The position numbers and the translations under genes are program-made. From positions 1,665 through 65,664 of the forward strand of contig CALECM010000113.1 in the NCBI GenBank assembly GCA_937949745.1: 64,000 bases of DNA. Reading direction: 5' to 3'. The stretch comes from an uncultured Bacteroidales bacterium. Its GTDB lineage: Bacteria; Bacteroidota; Bacteroidia; Bacteroidales; WCHB1-69. Positions 1-8,669 of the stretch are shown in pieces. Under the pieces are notes generated by a model. It searched no databases and was not told the origin of the DNA. It saw nothing but the letters and a program-made list of their open reading frames with translations. Position 1 is the first letter of the stretch. The number at the start of each line of letters is the position of its first letter.

Positions 1-191
1 GAACCATACAGCCAAGTTCCAACGCGATCACCGTAACACCTAAAACACAAACGGTTGCTCCCGGAAGTTCTATCGTATTGGATATGCAATTCAAAGCCCA
101 GGGAAGAAACGGTAAACAAAACGGTACTATTGACGTGATTTCCAATGATCCTACCAAAGATAACCTGGTGATTAAATATACGGCTGAGATA

Positions 192-1127
192 TTAAAGTAG
201 TTCCCAGTCGGCAATCTTAAGGTCGTCATCTTGCAGGATAGCAAGATAATTCATATAACGCGAAGAGGGTATTTTGCCCTCTTCGACTGCTTTTATAACA
301 GCGCATTCAGGTTCCCGGAGATGTAAACAGTTGTTGAATTTGCAACAATTGTTATAGGCCCTTATCTCCGGAAAATAGTCCCGGATCTCTTCTTTAGAAT
401 ACTGGATAAGTCCGAACTCTTTAATGCCTGGAGTATCGATGATGAATCCTCCGTTGTCAACAGGAAACATCTGGGCAAAAGTAGTGGTGTGTTTTCCTTT
501 TTGATGATATTGGGATATTTCACCGATCTTTAAATTCAAATCCGGATATAGTGTATTGATAATTGCGGATTTACCTACGCCGGAATGACCACTGAATAAA
601 GAAACCTTGTGAGCCATCCTCTTTTTCAGTTCTTCAAGGCCCGTGCCATCTTCCACGGATGTGCAAACCGAATCGTAACCGATCCCGCGGTAAAGTTCCA
701 CCAATTCCGCAACCTTTCCTTTTTCGCGTTCATCGTAAATATCCATTTTATTAAAAACGAGGCATGCGGGAATACGAAAACCTTCCGCTGCGACCAGGAA
801 ACGGTCGATAAAGCCTAATGATGAACGCGGTTCCTTCAGAGTTACTACCAAAAACGCCGTATCAATATTGGAAGCGATCAAATGGCTTATTTTGGATAAT
901 TTAGTGGATTTCCTGTCGATATAATTTTTTCTTTTTTCAATATCCGTAATATATCCGGAACCGTCTTCTTCCACGATATAGTCCACATGATCTCCCACCA
1001 CAACCGGATTGGTGTTTTTGATGCCTTGTATGCGGAATTTTCCCCTGAGCCGGCAATGTATAATAGTGCCGTCCGGTTGCATAACCTCATACCAGCTTCC
1101 GGTAGATTTCGTCACGATTCCTTTCAT
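192..1127 (-). CDS. rsgA: ribosome small-subunit-dependent GTPase A (RsgA/YjeQ)
   Basis: 311 aa ORF. P-loop GHSGVGKS, NKMD G4 motif, and C-terminal zinc knuckle CKFNNCLHLREPECAV typical of RsgA. Confidence 0.9.
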   Translation of the reverse strand: MKGIVTKSTGSWYEVMQPDGTIIHCRLRGKFRIQGIKNTNPVVVGDHVDYIVEEDGSGYITDIEKRKNYIDRKSTKLSKISHLIASNIDTAFLVVTLKEPRSSLGFIDRFLVAAEGFRIPACLVFNKMDIYDEREKGKVAELVELYRGIGYDSVCTSVEDGTGLEELKKRMAHKVSLFSGHSGVGKSAIINTLYPDLNLKIGEISQYHQKGKHTTTFAQMFPVDNGGFIIDTPGIKEFGLIQYSKEEIRDYFPEIRAYNNCCKFNNCLHLREPECAVIKAVEEGKIPSSRYMNYLAILQDDDLKIADWELL

Positions 1128-1147
1128 TCCTGATATATTTAGATTTG

Positions 1148-1155
1148 CAAAATTA
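1148..1155 (-). promoter_or_regulatory. Bacteroidota -7 promoter box (TAATTTTG on minus strand)
   Basis: Plus strand reads CAAAATTA, the reverse complement of TAnnTTTG, 21 nt upstream of the rsgA ATG. Confidence 0.45.
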
Positions 1156-1276
1156 CAAATAAGTAGATTGATAGTTTAATAATCTTTCCATCATTTTTAT
1201 TTAATGCTAATCGGTTTATGTTGAAATTATTGAAATTATTTCATATTTTGAACAATTTTGTCCATTATATTTTTTA

Positions 1277-1284
1277 TACCTTTG
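1277..1284 (+). promoter_or_regulatory. Bacteroidota -7 promoter box TACCTTTG
   Basis: Matches TAnnTTTG, 13 nt upstream of the ATG at 1297. Confidence 0.4.
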
Positions 1285-1296
1285 CCCGCTTAAACC

Positions 1297-3705
1297 ATGG
1301 CTATAATGAAAATGACCCGTTTCAGGAAACTTCTTCCTATTATATTCTTTTGTTTCTTTTTCCAGACGACTATGGCTCAAAAATACACTTTATCCGGGAT
1401 CGTAAAAGATCAGGATAACGGGGAGACGATTATGGGTTGTTATGTGATGTTGCTGGATGTGGAAAATCCGGGAGAACCGAAAGGAGCTATTACCAATAAT
1501 GCCGGTTTCTATTCAATTACGGTAAATGCCGGAATATATCAGTTAAAAGTAAGCGCTCTGGGTTATCTGCCCGTGACCGACACCATCCGGATCGCGGGGA
1601 ATGAAGTTTTGAACCTGGATCTGGCCGTCCATGTGATCACGACCGATGAAGTGGTGGTATCGGCCCAGAAAGAGGATCATAATGTAAGTAGTGTGGATGT
1701 GGGGAGAATGGAGATGTCGGTGGAAGCGATCAAGGCACTGCCCGCTCTTTTCGGTGAAGCCGATGTGGTGAAGGCCATACAGTTATTACCGGGTATCCAG
1801 TCCGGCGGCGAAGGTAATTCCGGTTACTATGTGAGGGGTGGGGGAGCCGACCAGAACCTGATCCTGTTGGATGAAGCCACCATATACAACGCCAGTCATT
1901 TGTTTGGATTTTTTTCCGTGTTCAATCCCAATGCCGTTAAGAACGTGGAGATTATAAAATCAGGAATGCCTGCCCAATACGGCGAAAGATTATCTTCCGT
2001 ACTCGATGTGCATCAGAAAGAAGGAAATATGAAAAGATTCGGTATGGAAGGCGGTATCGGACTTATATTCGCCAACCTGACCCTGCAGGGGCCCTTTAAA
2101 AAAGACAAAGCTTCTTATATCATATCGGGAAGAAGAACCTATATTGATTTCTTGGTACAGCCTTTTTTGTCAAGTACCAGTCCGTTAAAAGGTATGGATT
2201 TTTATTTCTATGATGTCAATGCCAAAGTCAATGTGATATTGAACGATAAACACCGGTTATATCTGGGTGGTTATTTCGGACGCGATGTTTACGGGTTTAA
2301 GTCCGAATCCGGATCGACAAGGGCCAGGTTCAACTGGAGTAACGGCGCGGCTTCTTTACGGTGGAATTACATTATCAATTCCAAATTATTCCTGAATACT
2401 TCCGCAACGTTTACCGATTACTCTTTCCTTACGGATATGGGAATCGATGTGTATGCCTTCAATCTTAAGTCGGGAGTAAGGGATTATTCGCTGAAAAGTG
2501 AACTGACCTATTTGCCGGCTATACCGCACACTTTTAAATTCGGCATCCATTATACATTCCATCGATTTAATCCGAATACTTACGGAATAGACGCGGGCAG
2601 CAATACTTCGTTTTCCATGCCGGTATCTACGGCTTATTATGCGCATGAGGTTTCGGCGTACGTGAACGATGAATTCGATATTACGAAGTGGTTGCGGATG
2701 AATGTAGGGCTCCGTTACAGCCATTTCGAACATGTAGGCGGTTTTGTGAGGTATGTCCTGGATGAATTCGGGAATGTGGCGGATTCCATCACCTATAAAC
2801 CCGGAGAACGGATTTCCCAGTATAATGGTCTGGAACCCAGGGTTTCGGCCCGTTTTCTGATTACCCCGCAATTTTCGATAAAGGCAGCCTATACCCTCAA
2901 TTATCAATATCTTCATCAAATATCCATGGCCTCCATATCGCTGCCCACTGATGTGTGGATGCCCTCTACCGACCTGATCAAACCGCAGAATGCATCGCAG
3001 GTATCTTTGGGATTCTATTATAATTTTCATAAAAACATGTTCGAATCCTATATCGATATCTATTATAAGAAAATGAACAACCTGACGGAATACAGGGACG
3101 GACTGGATCTTTCGTTCGTGAAGGTTAATCCCGACCAATTATATGTTTTCGGGGACGGATATTCTTACGGTGCCGAATTCTTTCTTAAGAAAAACAGAGG
3201 CAGGTTCAACGGTTTTATCGGTTATACGCTTTCTTTTACCAAACGCCGGTTTGCAGAGTTAAACGAAGGGGTGCCTTTTTATGCCAAATATGACCGCCGA
3301 CATGACGTATCGGTGAATCTGGTTTACGAGATCATCCGGAATAAATTATCGGTTTCCGCCGTATGGGTGTTCGCATCAGGAAATACGATGACGATTCCAA
3401 CGGGACTCTATTTCTTCGGAGGGAGTATCATTACGGAGTATAGCGAAAGGAACGGTTACAGGATGCCTCCTTACCATCGGTTGGATTTCTCCGTGGACTG
3501 GACTATCGTGAAGAAAAAAAGATTCGAGACAGGATTGAATTTCTCGGTATATAATGTTTATAACCGCAAGAATCCCTTCTATATTTTTATAGAAACGGAT
3601 ACCGTATTCGATCCTTCCAACCAGAATTTTGAGATATCCACACAGGCATACCAGATGAGCCTTTTCCCTATTTTACCTTCCGTTACCTGGAATTTTAAAT
3701 TTTAA
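1297..3705 (+). CDS. TonB-dependent receptor with N-terminal carboxypeptidase-regulatory-like domain
   Basis: 802 aa with a signal peptide. CarboxypepD_reg-like YTLSGIVKDQDNGETIMGCYV. Plug motif LPGIQSGGEGNSGYYVRGGGADQNLILLDEATIYN. Terminal aromatic F. Confidence 0.85.
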   Translation: MAIMKMTRFRKLLPIIFFCFFFQTTMAQKYTLSGIVKDQDNGETIMGCYVMLLDVENPGEPKGAITNNAGFYSITVNAGIYQLKVSALGYLPVTDTIRIAGNEVLNLDLAVHVITTDEVVVSAQKEDHNVSSVDVGRMEMSVEAIKALPALFGEADVVKAIQLLPGIQSGGEGNSGYYVRGGGADQNLILLDEATIYNASHLFGFFSVFNPNAVKNVEIIKSGMPAQYGERLSSVLDVHQKEGNMKRFGMEGGIGLIFANLTLQGPFKKDKASYIISGRRTYIDFLVQPFLSSTSPLKGMDFYFYDVNAKVNVILNDKHRLYLGGYFGRDVYGFKSESGSTRARFNWSNGAASLRWNYIINSKLFLNTSATFTDYSFLTDMGIDVYAFNLKSGVRDYSLKSELTYLPAIPHTFKFGIHYTFHRFNPNTYGIDAGSNTSFSMPVSTAYYAHEVSAYVNDEFDITKWLRMNVGLRYSHFEHVGGFVRYVLDEFGNVADSITYKPGERISQYNGLEPRVSARFLITPQFSIKAAYTLNYQYLHQISMASISLPTDVWMPSTDLIKPQNASQVSLGFYYNFHKNMFESYIDIYYKKMNNLTEYRDGLDLSFVKVNPDQLYVFGDGYSYGAEFFLKKNRGRFNGFIGYTLSFTKRRFAELNEGVPFYAKYDRRHDVSVNLVYEIIRNKLSVSAVWVFASGNTMTIPTGLYFFGGSIITEYSERNGYRMPPYHRLDFSVDWTIVKKKRFETGLNFSVYNVYNRKNPFYIFIETDTVFDPSNQNFEISTQAYQMSLFPILPSVTWNFKF

Positions 3706-3709
3706 AACG

Positions 3710-4624
3710 ATGAAGAAAATCATTCCGATTCTTATGATGTCATTATTTTTCTCCTGCCAGACCGAGATTGATATCGATATTCCCGAATATCATGACAAAC
3801 TCGTTGTAGAAGGTTACATCGAAACCGGGAAAGCTCCTGTGGTCATGTTATCGAGGAGCGTACCTTATTTTTCAACGATCGATATCAATACTCTAATGAA
3901 TAATGTGTTGATAAGCAATGCTGTTGTGACGGTTACCTCAAGCGACGGTATCAGCGAAACACTTCGCCTGACCATGTCCGAAGAATATCCGTTATTGCTG
4001 GCATATACAGGTACGGGAAGAACCCTGGTGGGCGAACCGAATAAAAGATATGACCTGAAGATCGAATGGGAAGATAAAACTTATACGGCCAGCACGACTA
4101 TTCCGGAATCTTTTCAATTGGATTCGATCTGGTTATATCCCTTCGGAAGGACGGAAGATTCCGTCAGTACCGTGAGGATTTTATTGAGCGACGATCCTTC
4201 CCAAACCAACTATTACCAATTCCTGGTCAAAGTACACGGGAAAAATTTAAGAGACCGGCTTTGGGTCTACACATTGCCTCCGGTTTTTGATGATGCCACT
4301 TTTAACGGACTTACTTTCAATTATGAGATCCTGCGCTCCACACCATCCACTTTATTTGCAGCCATGCTCAGTGATGAAGAAAAAAGGGAATATTACCGGA
4401 TCTATTACCGTCCGGGAGATACTATTTTCGTAAAATCATCTTTAATGGATTACAACAGTTACAGGTTTTGGTCTACCGCCATGTCGGAGATCAGCTTCGG
4501 ACAAAATGTCTTTATGAGTCCGCCGCCTATAGAATCCAATATACGTTCCAATACGGGAGAAAAAGTATTAGGTTCGTGGTGCGGCTATGGCAGTAAGATC
4601 GATACCCTCATTTATTCGAGGTAA
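3710..4624 (+). CDS. DUF4249-like lipoprotein (usual partner of CarboxypepD_reg TonB-dependent receptors)
   Basis: 304 aa. Lipobox LFFSC. KLVVEGYIETGKAPVVMLSRS motif typical of DUF4249. Starts 4 nt after the receptor gene. Confidence 0.7.
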   Translation: MKKIIPILMMSLFFSCQTEIDIDIPEYHDKLVVEGYIETGKAPVVMLSRSVPYFSTIDINTLMNNVLISNAVVTVTSSDGISETLRLTMSEEYPLLLAYTGTGRTLVGEPNKRYDLKIEWEDKTYTASTTIPESFQLDSIWLYPFGRTEDSVSTVRILLSDDPSQTNYYQFLVKVHGKNLRDRLWVYTLPPVFDDATFNGLTFNYEILRSTPSTLFAAMLSDEEKREYYRIYYRPGDTIFVKSSLMDYNSYRFWSTAMSEISFGQNVFMSPPPIESNIRSNTGEKVLGSWCGYGSKIDTLIYSR

Positions 4625-4629
4625 AATTG

Positions 4630-4637
4630 TATTTTTG
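4630..4637 (+). promoter_or_regulatory. Bacteroidota -7 promoter box TATTTTTG
   Basis: Matches TAnnTTTG, 37 nt upstream of the fabG ATG. Confidence 0.4.
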
Positions 4638-4673
4638 CATTCATATCTGTTGTATTAACCTATTTATAAAATT

Positions 4674-5417
4674 ATGAAATTATTAGAAGGTAAAGTCGCC
4701 TATATCACAGGTGGAACCAGGGGAATAGGCAAAGGTATTGCCATGAAATTCGCCGAACAGGGAGCGGATATTATCTACACTTCCGCATTTGAAAGTGATG
4801 ATACCGAAGATGTAGCCTCACAGTTGAGGAAAGTAGGCGTAAAAGCCAGGTTTATATTTTATGATGCTGCTGATTATACGGCCACTGAAGAAGCAGTTAA
4901 AGATGCTGCAGCTGATTTCGGGAAGATCGATATCATGGTGAATAATGCGGGAATTACGCGCGACAACCTGTTGATGAGGATGTCGGAGAAAGATTGGGAT
5001 ATGATCATGAATGTGAATTTAAAATCCGTTTTCAACCATACCAAAGCCGTTCAGCCTTTTATGTTGAAACAAAGATCGGGTTCGATCATTAACATGGCTT
5101 CCGTAGTAGGTATCAACGGAAATGCGGGACAGGGCAACTACTCAGCCTCCAAAGCCGGTATTATAGGTTTTACAAAATCGATAGCCCGTGAAATAGGAAG
5201 CCGTAATATTCGTTGTAATGCTATAGCCCCGGGATTTATCGCGACGGAAATGACGGAAGTGCTGCCGGAAGAGATCAAGAAAGAATGGACCCAGAAAATC
5301 AGTCTAAGGAGAATGGGTACCGTGGAGGATGTGGCCAACTGCGCCCTTTATCTCGCATCCGACCTTTCGTCTTACATCACGGCCCAGGTACTGGTTTGTG
5401 ATGGGGGAATGTTATAA
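4674..5417 (+). CDS. fabG: 3-oxoacyl-ACP reductase (SDR family)
   Basis: 247 aa. TGGTRGIGKG cofactor motif, NNAG, and catalytic YSASKAG (YxxxK). Confidence 0.9.
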   Translation: MKLLEGKVAYITGGTRGIGKGIAMKFAEQGADIIYTSAFESDDTEDVASQLRKVGVKARFIFYDAADYTATEEAVKDAAADFGKIDIMVNNAGITRDNLLMRMSEKDWDMIMNVNLKSVFNHTKAVQPFMLKQRSGSIINMASVVGINGNAGQGNYSASKAGIIGFTKSIAREIGSRNIRCNAIAPGFIATEMTEVLPEEIKKEWTQKISLRRMGTVEDVANCALYLASDLSSYITAQVLVCDGGML

Positions 5418-5423
5418 TAGAGA

Positions 5424-6899
5424 ATGAAAATATTTTATTGGTTATTATTGATTTTATTACCTGTCACGTTGTCCGCTCAACGTGATATGCCCCTTCGTTT
5501 CGAGTTGGAAGCGGCGAAAGATGCCGATGATTATAATGGAATTCCGATAGGAGAGAAGGGGTTTATTGTTTTTTATGAAGGAAATCTTGTCGGACAAGAT
5601 TCCAGTTCATGGGTATTTATCCAATATGATACCAATCTCAAGAAAATGGCTCATCATGCCCTCACGATGCCCATTAATCTTCATTATGTGACGGGGGAAT
5701 ATGCCGATGATCATATATACCTGGTCTTTCAGGAGAATTTTCAAAGAAGAAGTGTTCCTAAAACATATTATGTGGATATGGAACTCCAAAACTTTACTTT
5801 TCAGAAACGGGAAATAGAGAATTTATCGGATCAAAATATAAGCTTCCTGAGAGCGACCGGACAAAGTCTTGTATTAATATCCTACGAGAAAAATCAATAT
5901 GGCTTATATTTGTATGATATGATCCGGAATCAGCTGAAGAACCCGGAACTAACTACCGGTCAGATCGTATCCGTGGAATTTTGCGAAGTGGACACCATTT
6001 TCTCCCGGATACTTTGGGGGGTGGCTATTTCTTCCGGAGGTAAAAATTCATACTTGCAACTGATAGAAACCGATTTTCAGGGAAATAAAACCCGGGAAAC
6101 GAATTATCCGTCATTTACCGATTACTATTATAATTCTACCCGCTTAACCGTATTGGATACCGGATTATATTTGATTATGGGGACGTTTACCGACGGGAAC
6201 GACCGTTATAAAGGAGATATGCATTCGGGCGTATATACGATGAATTATAAAAACGCAATGATCGAGGAGCCGCAGTTTTTCCATTATACCCATGTAAAAA
6301 GCAAAGATACGGTGGGAGATGGAAAGTCCAAAGACAGGAACTCCAATCTGCAATTATCCGTGGGTCCCATATACCGGTTGGGCGACCAATATGCACTCGT
6401 AACCGAGGTCTTTTATCCCGAATATTCATACAATTACGCCGGTAGCGGCTATGATCCTTATTATTACGGTTATAATAGTATGCCCGCCACAAGTACTTTC
6501 GTAGGTTACCGTTATATCAATGCTTATGTCACCGCTTTCGACCGGTCCGGGAATCTCTTGTGGGGCAATTATTTGCCTTTTTCCAATATTCTCACACAAC
6601 GGCTTACCCACCGTGTAAATGTATACCCGTTAGGGAATAGCGCCATGATCTATTATTTATTTAATTCATCCTTAACCTATACCATGGTCAACGGTGAAGA
6701 TGTGATTGAACCTTTAACCACCGTCAGGTTAGAAACCAATCATAACAGGGATGCCGTGGAATATAGCCGGAATCCGAAATTCGAACATTGGTATGGCGAT
6801 TACTTCGTAGCCTACGGTTACCAGTATATCCGTAATAATTCCAAGGGCGTAAAATCCAAGCGCTACGTATTTTTCGCTAATAAATTGATCTGTAAATAA
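5424..6899 (+). CDS. hypothetical secreted protein
   Basis: 491 aa ORF with N-terminal signal peptide (LLLILLPVTLSAQ). Tyr-rich segment YPEYSYNYAGSGYDPYYYGY. No domain recognised. Confidence 0.6.
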   Translation: MKIFYWLLLILLPVTLSAQRDMPLRFELEAAKDADDYNGIPIGEKGFIVFYEGNLVGQDSSSWVFIQYDTNLKKMAHHALTMPINLHYVTGEYADDHIYLVFQENFQRRSVPKTYYVDMELQNFTFQKREIENLSDQNISFLRATGQSLVLISYEKNQYGLYLYDMIRNQLKNPELTTGQIVSVEFCEVDTIFSRILWGVAISSGGKNSYLQLIETDFQGNKTRETNYPSFTDYYYNSTRLTVLDTGLYLIMGTFTDGNDRYKGDMHSGVYTMNYKNAMIEEPQFFHYTHVKSKDTVGDGKSKDRNSNLQLSVGPIYRLGDQYALVTEVFYPEYSYNYAGSGYDPYYYGYNSMPATSTFVGYRYINAYVTAFDRSGNLLWGNYLPFSNILTQRLTHRVNVYPLGNSAMIYYLFNSSLTYTMVNGEDVIEPLTTVRLETNHNRDAVEYSRNPKFEHWYGDYFVAYGYQYIRNNSKGVKSKRYVFFANKLICK

Positions 6900-6912
6900 T
6901 TTTGAAAGGAAG

Positions 6913-6986
6913 TGGCGGGAACGAGAGTTGAACTCGTGACCTCCGGGTTATGAATCCGACGCTCTAACCAACTGAGCTACCCCGCC
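6913..6986 (-). tRNA. tRNA with CAT anticodon (elongator Met; lysidine-modified Ile2 cannot be excluded)
   Basis: Reverse complement GGCGGGGTAGCTCAGTTGGTTAGAGCGTCGGATTCATAACCCGGAGGTCACGAGTTCAACTCTCGTTCCCGCCA folds as a cloverleaf. 7-bp acceptor stem, GCTC/GAGC D stem, TTCATAA anticodon loop, ACGAG/CTCGT T stem. G1-C72 pairing argues against an initiator. CCA is not encoded. Confidence 0.9.
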
Positions 6987-6998
6987 GTTTTGCGGCTG

Positions 6999-7006
6999 CA
7001 AAAATA
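6999..7006 (-). promoter_or_regulatory. Bacteroidota -7 promoter box (TATTTTTG on minus strand) for the tRNA
   Basis: Plus strand reads CAAAAATA, 12 nt upstream of the tRNA 5' end. The spacing is identical to that at tRNA-Pro (47275-47282). Confidence 0.5.
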
Positions 7007-7098
7007 CACATTTTTTTCAATTATACATCATTCCCTAAAAGAAATTCTGATAATGTATCTTCCTCCATTATAATTTAGGAGTAAATATTTATTATTTT

Positions 7099-7225
7099 TG
7101 TCATTCTTAAGTTTTCACTGAATGATCGAAGGAACTGTAAAGATCTAAATTTATATCTTTTAATTTTCACTTATTAAGTAATAAATACTTTTGTTAAAGA
7201 TCCTTCGCTGCACTCAGGAATGACA
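7099..7225. repeat. imperfect inverted-repeat pair flanking an AT-rich spacer (MITE/REP-like)
   Basis: Left arm TGTCATTCTTAAG...CGAAGGAAC (7099-7135). Right arm GATCCTTCGCTGCACTCAGGAATGACA (7199-7225), whose reverse complement is TGTCATTCCTGAGTGCAGCGAAGGATC. Confidence 0.4.
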
Positions 7226-7351
7226 ATATATAATCAGTAATCGTAGTTGGCTGGGCCCGTCAAGACAAAGGACAAGGTAGCCGCTTAAAATCCTTTAACG
7301 TGAACGGAAGCATATCCTTCGAGAAACTCACTGTATCTGCTTAATTTACGA

Positions 7352-8560
7352 TCACTTTTTGATAATTTTCTTTACGATAATTCCCTGATCCGTATCAAAC
7401 CGTATAAAATAAATACCGGAAGGGTAAGGAGAAAAATCCAATTTAATCTCATTTCCCGTTTCCTGTTTGCGGGAAATTACTTTTCCCAGGAAGTCAAGGA
7501 CATCTATATTATCAAAGACAATATCTGATTTTACGGTCAAAGAATTTTGAACCGGATTGGGATATAATGTTACCATGCGGGAAAGATCCGGATCCGTAAT
7601 GCCAATTGTTTGTAAAGTCCTGAAAGTCGTATCTAAAGAATAAATATTGGTATCATTGTCCCATATATTTTTTATATGTACTTCATAAAGCGTATCGGCG
7701 ATTAAATCGGTCAGGATCGTGTCCGGAGTGGAACATATAAGTTTCCGGTAAGGGTCATTCGTACCGGAAATTTTATATTCGATAAGCCAGCCCGTTTCAT
7801 CGACTGCCGGTAACCAGGTCAATTTTGCCGAGTGATTCGTAATCTCCCCGATCATTAAATTTCTCGGCAATAAATACTCTGTTTTGATATCAAAAAGAAC
7901 AGACCATTCACCAACCCAGCCGTTATCAGCCATAATATGATCGGTTACAACCAGTTTCCATTCTCCATTCATCGGGCAATTTAATAATTCATTCCAATTA
8001 TCAACGGCCTGATATTCTATTTCCGGGACAGGATGGTAAACCAATCGGGACAGGGTGCGCAAGGAATCCATAGCTTCGATATAATACGAAGGAATACTCA
8101 GATTAGCCTGATCAAATATTTTTCCATTGGATGAGGTCGGAGACCAATAATAATCATAACAATTTCCCATTGACAAAGATGAATCACTTTGTGTGCAATC
8201 GTCAATATTACCCAAATTTAAACCGCAGGCCCGGGGCTCACCCAGGATTGTGCCCTGAGAAAGAGATCCGTGGTTAAAAAGCATAACCATGCTATCATTC
8301 GGACATTTTAATCCTACCGAAAGATCGCCGCCACAACTATGCTCCATTGAAATCTTCATACGGATAATGTCCGAAACAGAATTTAATAATATTCCTTCCG
8401 GAAAAAAATCTACTTCAATAATACTTACATATGGAGTTCCATTTTGATCCGGAATAAAGAAAGGAGTTTGCTGTTTGATTTCTACCGGACGGGTTTGAGC
8501 TTGTATGGAATAAATGCCAGACAATGCTCCCAAAATAATAATGAATAATGATTTTTTCAT
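7352..8560 (-). CDS. T9SS-secreted protein: proprotein-convertase P-domain-like + FN3 + Por C-terminal sorting domain
   Basis: P-domain signature (IPDQNG..., MEHSCGGDLSVGLKCPNDS, NGEWKLVVTDHIMADNGWVGEWSVLF). FN3-like segment (ITNHSAKLTWLP...YEVHI). CTD LYPNPVQNSLTV...GIYFIRF. Start moved to the MKKSLFIII methionine at 8560 because a -7 box lies inside the longer ORF. Confidence 0.75.
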   Translation of the reverse strand: MKKSLFIIILGALSGIYSIQAQTRPVEIKQQTPFFIPDQNGTPYVSIIEVDFFPEGILLNSVSDIIRMKISMEHSCGGDLSVGLKCPNDSMVMLFNHGSLSQGTILGEPRACGLNLGNIDDCTQSDSSLSMGNCYDYYWSPTSSNGKIFDQANLSIPSYYIEAMDSLRTLSRLVYHPVPEIEYQAVDNWNELLNCPMNGEWKLVVTDHIMADNGWVGEWSVLFDIKTEYLLPRNLMIGEITNHSAKLTWLPAVDETGWLIEYKISGTNDPYRKLICSTPDTILTDLIADTLYEVHIKNIWDNDTNIYSLDTTFRTLQTIGITDPDLSRMVTLYPNPVQNSLTVKSDIVFDNIDVLDFLGKVISRKQETGNEIKLDFSPYPSGIYFIRFDTDQGIIVKKIIKK

Positions 8561-8584
8561 GGGAGATGGGTTTTGAATTTCAGG

Positions 8585-8592
8585 CAAATATA
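8585..8592 (-). promoter_or_regulatory. Bacteroidota -7 promoter box (TATATTTG on minus strand)
   Basis: Plus strand reads CAAATATA, 25 nt upstream of the ATG at 8560. Confidence 0.4.
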
Positions 8593-8669
8593 GTAATTAA
8601 ATGTAATTATACTATTATAGTATAAATAAATGGAATAAAAGAGATACTATTTAGAAAATCCAGACATTT

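Noticed and set aside
2386-3138. 250-aa minus-strand ORF inside the TonB-dependent receptor gene.
   Set aside because: It is fully antisense to a gene with clear plug and barrel motifs. Its translation is low-complexity (I/R/H-rich) with no motif. This is a typical shadow ORF.
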